From IMG/VR virus record IMGVR_UViG_3300025030_000042: a stretch of 64,000 nucleotides of DNA; one strand, given 5' to 3'. A model generated the notes under the pieces. That model was not told where the DNA came from and did no database searches. It saw only the letters and a program-made list of their open reading frames with translations. Below are positions 59,479 through 64,000 of this stretch, in pieces. Position numbers and translations under genes: made by a program. How positions within the stretch are numbered: position 1 is the first letter of the stretch; each line of letters starts with the position of its first letter. The DNA comes from a virus. Taxonomy: Duplodnaviria > Caudoviricetes.

Positions 59479-59774
59479 TAAAAAGTAAAATGTCCGCCTT
59501 TATCTTCAGTGCTTTCTTCAAAAGCAACATCATCGTCATTGCCTATCTCAACCGGAATCTTAAAAGTTTGAATCAAATCCCAAGTACACTTTTCACACAA
59601 ATCAAAAAAATAATCTACATCATCTTCAAATAGTTCTGATTCATAACATCCAGTAATAAACCCACACAATCCAGTATGATTATGTTCATCTGGTTTACAA
59701 GTTTGTCCACATTTATTACAAATAGCGTCAGTTTCTTCTTTATAAACCACTTGTTTTTCTTTATATACTCTCAT
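59478..59774 (-). CDS. Hypothetical Zn-finger-like protein, 98 aa
   Basis: CNKC...DLCEKC pair. Confidence 0.6.
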   Translation of the reverse strand: MRVYKEKQVVYKEETDAICNKCGQTCKPDEHNHTGLCGFITGCYESELFEDDVDYFFDLCEKCTWDLIQTFKIPVEIGNDDDVAFEESTEDKGGHFTF

Positions 59775-59962
59775 TTTATTTTCTCCAGCGAATAGTCGCT
59801 ATGTCTCTGATATTCAGACCATATATCATTATTATGTTTAACCCAATAAACTCTATTGAAATCCCCTATATATTTTTTCACAATAATGCCTAAAGAAGCC
59901 GCATCGGACCAATGTCTCACCAAATCCCCTACTTTAAACTTTTTGTTGTTTTGTTTGATCAT
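59771..59962 (-). CDS. Small KVGDL-family protein, 63 aa
   Basis: KFKVGDLVRH...LGIIVK...RVYWV. Confidence 0.8.
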   Translation of the reverse strand: MIKQNNKKFKVGDLVRHWSDAASLGIIVKKYIGDFNRVYWVKHNNDIWSEYQRHSDYSLEKIK

Positions 59963-59986
59963 TTTGATGAAACTACTTTTGCGTTT

Positions 59987-60178
59987 TCATAAATATAACT
60001 TTTTGTTACAAAATAACCAACCCAAGCAGTTTCGGCGTATTTGGGATATATAATATGCCAAAATATTGTCTTCAAATTTCTCTATCTCATATATAGCTCC
60101 AATATAATGTTTATAGAGAGTGTTGATTTTTGAATATGAATATTCAATCAAATCGCCCACTTTAAACTTATTATCCAT
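59987..60178 (-). CDS. Small KVGDL-family protein, 63 aa
   Basis: KFKVGDLIEY...IGAIYEI. Confidence 0.75.
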   Translation of the reverse strand: MDNKFKVGDLIEYSYSKINTLYKHYIGAIYEIEKFEDNILAYYISQIRRNCLGWLFCNKKLYL

Positions 60179-62189
60179 TCATTTCTCGCATTCTTTCAAT
60201 ATACATTTTTTGATACTTACGAAATACTTCAAGTTCTTGTTTTCTCTTCAAATCGTCCGTTTCTTTATTTGATGATAACCCGCGCGGATTCACATAATAG
60301 AGAACTCCGCTTTTGCTCTCCATTTTTTGGAATATAGCACCTCCAAACACCGAACGCAACCAAAACTCCCAATCGGAACAACTAAAATATTCCTCGCTGA
60401 AATGCCCGAATCGATCATGCAACGATTTTCGCCACACTGGCGCACAATGCGGAAGATTCTGTCGCAGAACCGCTTCCACAGAAAACTTTTCCATACGAGC
60501 ATACAATTTCTCTTCTCCGCTGTTGTTTACCCAGTTCTCGTTCGGTTTATGTGTTATATAAGCATCCGAATATACCAGATCCACTTCCTTCGGAGCGCGA
60601 TATAGTGCTTTCATGTGCCGTTCCAAAGACCAAAATGATTTTCGATCATCAAGATTCCAGTTAGATAATATTGTTGATGTAGATAACCTTATCGCTTCAT
60701 TCCAACATCCATATACACCCTTATCTTCGTCAAGAATTTTATAAACTATATTTTCTGGGTATTCAGATTTAAACTTTTCTATTGCCGCATTTTCTTTTTC
60801 AAAATCCGGCGATGTTTTCGGATGAACAAAAACAACTTCGCATTTACTTGGAAACACGGATTGTTCTTTTACATTTTCAATAAAACTATCAATAAACTCG
60901 CCACCTTTAAAAACAGAAGTCAATACAGAAACTTTGGGAAGATCATCTATAGTCACTTTCATTACTGAATGATCCAATAATGCTTCAACAAACTCTTTAT
61001 ATTTATCTTTATTATCAAAATTTTTCTTAATATGTTCTTGAAGTTGTTTTGCTTGAGATTTGAAACGAGAATATCCTTTATATACCTCTCGCAACTTCAT
61101 TTTAAACGAACCTTGCTTCGGATATGCCCATTGACTTTCTGGAATCAATACATTATTCCAAACGGCTTCTTTTTGAATGGGCTTGATATCGTAATCTACT
61201 TTAGCAAATAAAGGTTTATTTTTTGTTTTACCGTCTTTTTCTGTAACCGAAGCATAAAGAAAATCGGTTTGTCCGCCCCAATCGATCGTTATAACAGGGG
61301 TGCCGTAAGTTGCGGAATCGAATAAAGAAAAACTCCACCCTTCTCCGTGAGATATACAAATCGTTGCTTTAATCTTTTTGTGACTGTACAACCCCGCCAT
61401 TTCTTCTTGAGAAAGATCACCGTGAAGCAAGTGAACAGAACATTTACGCTCTTTATAATCTTTCAAAACATATTCAAGTTTCTTTTCTGTGTGTTCTCTA
61501 TCCATCATTGAATGATTTCGCAAACTCGTCTTTACAACTAATCCCACCGGAACATCAATAAACTCTTCCACAAACCAACGAACAGTATTTTCAAAGTTCT
61601 TTCTTATACTCCACTGCGACATAAGAAGAAAGTTAAAATCGTGCGGTAATGAATCTAGATTCAAATCTTTTGGTTCTTGTTTTGGATAAGCATAATGAAC
61701 AACCTTGACTGGTTTTTGAACACGATAATCTTTTATGATTTCACCGGTTTGATTATTTTTTGCTTCATATGAAGTTGTATCAAAACCATATTTTGCGTGA
61801 TTAGATATTACAAGAACACGATCAAAAATCTCATTTATTTTTGATACCCATTCTCCAGAGATTTTCGTTGTTTCAATGCCCGAAGTATAAAGAACATCAA
61901 CCGGAGCCATTTTGGCAACTTCTTTTTCATTGGGGATTGAAATCTGAAGACTCATATCAAACTGCCCACCTTGTTGAAGGTAAAGTTGAGTCTTTAAAAG
62001 AAGAGAATCAATCCATTTTCTTTCTTCGGTGTCCTCAAAACTCCAACCACATTGCCCCCACGGTAGAGAAACAGCATATATATCAAAATATTCTTCATAT
62101 TCGCGAAGCGCGCGCAAAGCAAATCTTGCTTGTTCGCCATATCCCGCTGTAACCAATATAGGAGCACGAACCAATATTTTCTTTTTCAT
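60171..62189 (-). CDS. Bifunctional glycosyltransferase: GT4-like (GT-B) + GT2 (GT-A), 672 aa
   Basis: N-part TAGYG, RKNFE, SHGEGWSFSLFDSA..GTPVI; C-part VSVLTSVF, GVYGCWN, WNLDD, PHCAPVWR, DWEFWLR. Confidence 0.85.
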   Translation of the reverse strand: MKKKILVRAPILVTAGYGEQARFALRALREYEEYFDIYAVSLPWGQCGWSFEDTEERKWIDSLLLKTQLYLQQGGQFDMSLQISIPNEKEVAKMAPVDVLYTSGIETTKISGEWVSKINEIFDRVLVISNHAKYGFDTTSYEAKNNQTGEIIKDYRVQKPVKVVHYAYPKQEPKDLNLDSLPHDFNFLLMSQWSIRKNFENTVRWFVEEFIDVPVGLVVKTSLRNHSMMDREHTEKKLEYVLKDYKERKCSVHLLHGDLSQEEMAGLYSHKKIKATICISHGEGWSFSLFDSATYGTPVITIDWGGQTDFLYASVTEKDGKTKNKPLFAKVDYDIKPIQKEAVWNNVLIPESQWAYPKQGSFKMKLREVYKGYSRFKSQAKQLQEHIKKNFDNKDKYKEFVEALLDHSVMKVTIDDLPKVSVLTSVFKGGEFIDSFIENVKEQSVFPSKCEVVFVHPKTSPDFEKENAAIEKFKSEYPENIVYKILDEDKGVYGCWNEAIRLSTSTILSNWNLDDRKSFWSLERHMKALYRAPKEVDLVYSDAYITHKPNENWVNNSGEEKLYARMEKFSVEAVLRQNLPHCAPVWRKSLHDRFGHFSEEYFSCSDWEFWLRSVFGGAIFQKMESKSGVLYYVNPRGLSSNKETDDLKRKQELEVFRKYQKMYIERMREMNG

Positions 62190-63484
62190 TATTTAATCTC
62201 CATCAACTTCCAACCTTGATAACCTTTTCGCCTACCTAGAACATTCCAAGAACCATATTTTTCATAAAGTTCCAACATTAGTTCTACCCATCGAGTTTGA
62301 AAGCGTTCGTAGTTCATATTTTTTAATATATGTTCACGACCTTTTTTACCCCATTCATCTCGTTCTTCTTTGGACATATAATACATTTTTTTCATTGCTT
62401 CAACAAAATCTTTTCCAGATATTGCGTCATCGTAAATATAAGGTACCATATAACCAAACTGATCTCGCCCCGATGAACCAACGAGAGTTTGAGCCGCCGG
62501 ATATACTGGAATACCAAACCAATTTTCGCCATCGGTTAGTTGATCTTTCATTCCGCCCGTCCAAGTTGCAATGACAGGAGTCTCGCAACTCATTGATTCC
62601 ATTAGAAATATTCCCCAACCTTCCGCCGAGCTCGCCGAAATCGTGCAGTCCGCCATATTATAAATCATTGCCAGCGCTTCGGGTGGAATTTTCTGTCTTG
62701 AAAAGAGAACTTCTCCATTTGTCAATCCCAAATATTCAATAATCTGTTCAAGATCGCATCCATTCGGATCAGTCGGATCTGTATGAAGAATCAATGTCGA
62801 TTTATCTTTTCCTACTTCGTTTAAAAAATCATTGAACCACCAAACGATTGAACCAGTGTTTTTTCGTTTGGCATTTCGGCTGTTATAAAAGAAAATGAAC
62901 TTATTACCGTCTGTCGTAGTTGTAGCAAAACTATCTTTACGAAATCTTTCAACATCCAGCATTGGCAACTTCTTAAAAATATTTGTGTCAACGGCGTGCG
63001 GAAGATATTCGCATTCCACTTCGGGTGCTACTTTTTGATTTAAATCTTGAGTTAGTTTGGAGATTGCTACGAGTTTATCTACACTTGTCCAAGAAGATCT
63101 ATTAAAATAGGGGTATGGGTGATTATCCCAAATCTCATAATACACAATTGGCATCAAAGGTCGTATTTCATTAGCAATATCAAATAGATGCGAGTGGAAT
63201 CTTGGATCGCTCATGAGGTAAATCATATCTGGTCTTTCTTGACGAATAACCGATCGAATAAGTTCTTGATTTCCGAAACCATCTACCGGTACGATCAAGA
63301 GATCATCGCCAAATTCTTCTGTTTTTGAATGTTGATAATTCGGATGCGCAATGGCACCAGCCAAGTGAACTATCTTAAACTTACCACTTCTCAAAAGTGC
63401 TTCGGCAATGATTCTACTTTGGTGCGCTACACCGCTCGTCGAATAAATCATATCCGAAATAAACAATACTTTTATTTTATCCAT
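62189..63484 (-). CDS. GT4-family (GT-B) glycosyltransferase, 431 aa
   Basis: STSGVA, PHAVD, RNAKRKN, YNMAD...SAEGWGIFLMESMSCETPVI...TGGM. Confidence 0.88.
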   Translation of the reverse strand: MDKIKVLFISDMIYSTSGVAHQSRIIAEALLRSGKFKIVHLAGAIAHPNYQHSKTEEFGDDLLIVPVDGFGNQELIRSVIRQERPDMIYLMSDPRFHSHLFDIANEIRPLMPIVYYEIWDNHPYPYFNRSSWTSVDKLVAISKLTQDLNQKVAPEVECEYLPHAVDTNIFKKLPMLDVERFRKDSFATTTTDGNKFIFFYNSRNAKRKNTGSIVWWFNDFLNEVGKDKSTLILHTDPTDPNGCDLEQIIEYLGLTNGEVLFSRQKIPPEALAMIYNMADCTISASSAEGWGIFLMESMSCETPVIATWTGGMKDQLTDGENWFGIPVYPAAQTLVGSSGRDQFGYMVPYIYDDAISGKDFVEAMKKMYYMSKEERDEWGKKGREHILKNMNYERFQTRWVELMLELYEKYGSWNVLGRRKGYQGWKLMEIK

Positions 63485-63491
63485 TTTAACC

Positions 63492-63719
63492 TCATTTATT
63501 TCCTACCTTTCTTAAGTATTCTGGAGAATGTCTTAAAATCTTTGTATTAGATTTCCAGATTTTAAGAATACTATATGGACTTATAATCCAATAAACTAAA
63601 ACATTTATTCCTATTTGTTTCACTATTATTCCCAAACTTTTTAAAAACGAATTTTCTGTCGAAGGTATTTCCCAATAGCTCACCAAATCACCCACTTTAA
63701 ACATTTTTCGGATATCCAA
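63492..63719 (-). CDS. Small KVGDL-family protein, 75 aa
   Basis: MFKVGDLVSY...LGIIVK...VLVYWI. Confidence 0.8.
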   Translation of the reverse strand: MDIRKMFKVGDLVSYWEIPSTENSFLKSLGIIVKQIGINVLVYWIISPYSILKIWKSNTKILRHSPEYLRKVGNK

Positions 63720-64000
63720 ATGAAGATGAGCAATGTTTTGTCATAAAAAACTCGCATCGTTCGCATTTTGAACGATTTTTGACATATCTCTTATTATCAA
63801 TATTTGTCAAAGAAGTCAAGAGTAGATGTTTGGCGTTGTCCAATCTTTTTTGTCCTGAAGTCGGAGTGAATATTTCTACGAAATCTTTTTTTGCTGTTCT
63901 CTTCAATAAAATGAAATGTGTTTGAATATTTTTTATTCCTTCTTCAATCTCGTATTTCTGGGAGAAATAAAGTTTATATAACATAAGTTGATATAATATT
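63697..64000 (-). CDS. C-terminal part of a PD-(D/E)XK RecB/Cas4-like exonuclease (runs off the right edge)
   Basis: Frame stays open to the window end: ...ILYQLMLYKLY (QLxxY motif) and terminal CERCEFFMTKHC Cys cluster. Confidence 0.65.
   Translation of the reverse strand, partial: ILYQLMLYKLYFSQKYEIEEGIKNIQTHFILLKRTAKKDFVEIFTPTSGQKRLDNAKHLLLTSLTNIDNKRYVKNRSKCERCEFFMTKHCSSSFGYPKNV

Noticed and set aside
393-62152. The many plus-strand ORFs and short nested minus-strand ORFs in the track
   Set aside because: They are antisense or alternate-frame shadows of long motif-bearing minus-strand genes and have no recognisable motifs.
31421-63484. Bacterial O-antigen/capsule locus or prophage-host junction
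   Set aside because: No wzx/wzy/wzz/wzm/wzt or priming transferase, no integrase or host housekeeping genes; phage-type HEGs and minigenes are interspersed and continuous with baseplate genes.
60171-63484. GT-B enzymes as T4-type DNA glucosyltransferases
   Set aside because: No dCMP hydroxymethylase, TET/JBP or other base-modifying gene in the window. Not excluded genome-wide, but unsupported here.
1-64000. Eukaryotic giant virus (NCLDV) origin, given the GT29 and glyco-cluster
   Set aside because: gp25, gp6-like wedge, gp55-like sigma, SD sites and overlapping start/stop codons indicate a bacteriophage.
1-64000. Stop-codon recoding (TAG/TGA) as in some huge phages
   Set aside because: Large genes are uninterrupted in code 11; TAG is a genuine stop at 53847 and 54808 and TGA in ATGA overlaps; the TAG at 43618 is explained by a frameshift.
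1-64000. tRNA, rRNA, CRISPR arrays, introns/inteins
   Set aside because: Intergenic gaps are nearly all under 50 bp; no cloverleaf, repeat-spacer pattern or intein termini were seen, and the HEGs are free-standing.
63697-64000. Cas4 as part of a CRISPR-Cas locus
   Set aside because: Only the C-terminal fragment is visible and no cas genes or array are present; solo Cas4-like exonucleases are common in large phages.

Overview
A 64 kb segment of a large AT-rich contractile-tailed bacteriophage (jumbo-myovirus-like). Essentially every real gene is on the minus strand and tightly packed, many with overlapping start/stop codons. Bases 1-29.6 kb are a virion tail/baseplate module: several large hypothetical structural proteins, a 3474-aa LamG-rich baseplate/adhesin protein, gp6-like wedge, gp25-like protein, a 1856-aa protein with PG-binding and SH3b-like domains, and a gp5-like spike carrying an alpha/beta-hydrolase and an M15 peptidase. 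A gp55-like late sigma factor lies at about 30 kb. Bases 31.4-63.5 kb are a ~32 kb nucleotide-sugar and glycosyltransferase cluster: 2x gmd, fcl, rfbA, 2 DegT aminotransferases, acetyl-, formyl- and methyltransferases, NeuA, a NeuB-TIM fusion, a eukaryote-type GT29 sialyltransferase, several other GTs and cysH. No flippase, polymerase or priming transferase is visible. The cluster contains three free-standing homing endonuclease genes (one frameshifted), and about 19 related 45-90 aa 'F-K-V-G-D-L-V' minigenes are scattered through the window, all but one inside the cluster. Most notable: (1) a probable phage-encoded virion glycosylation/sialylation system, with strong TGS/SGS tripeptide enrichment in three specific virion proteins as a candidate sequon; (2) the dispersed minigene family; (3) genome-wide AATT avoidance that marks recently acquired segments, including a seam inside the giant gene. 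All family assignments come from motif recognition by eye; no database searches were run. No tRNA, rRNA or CRISPR array was seen.
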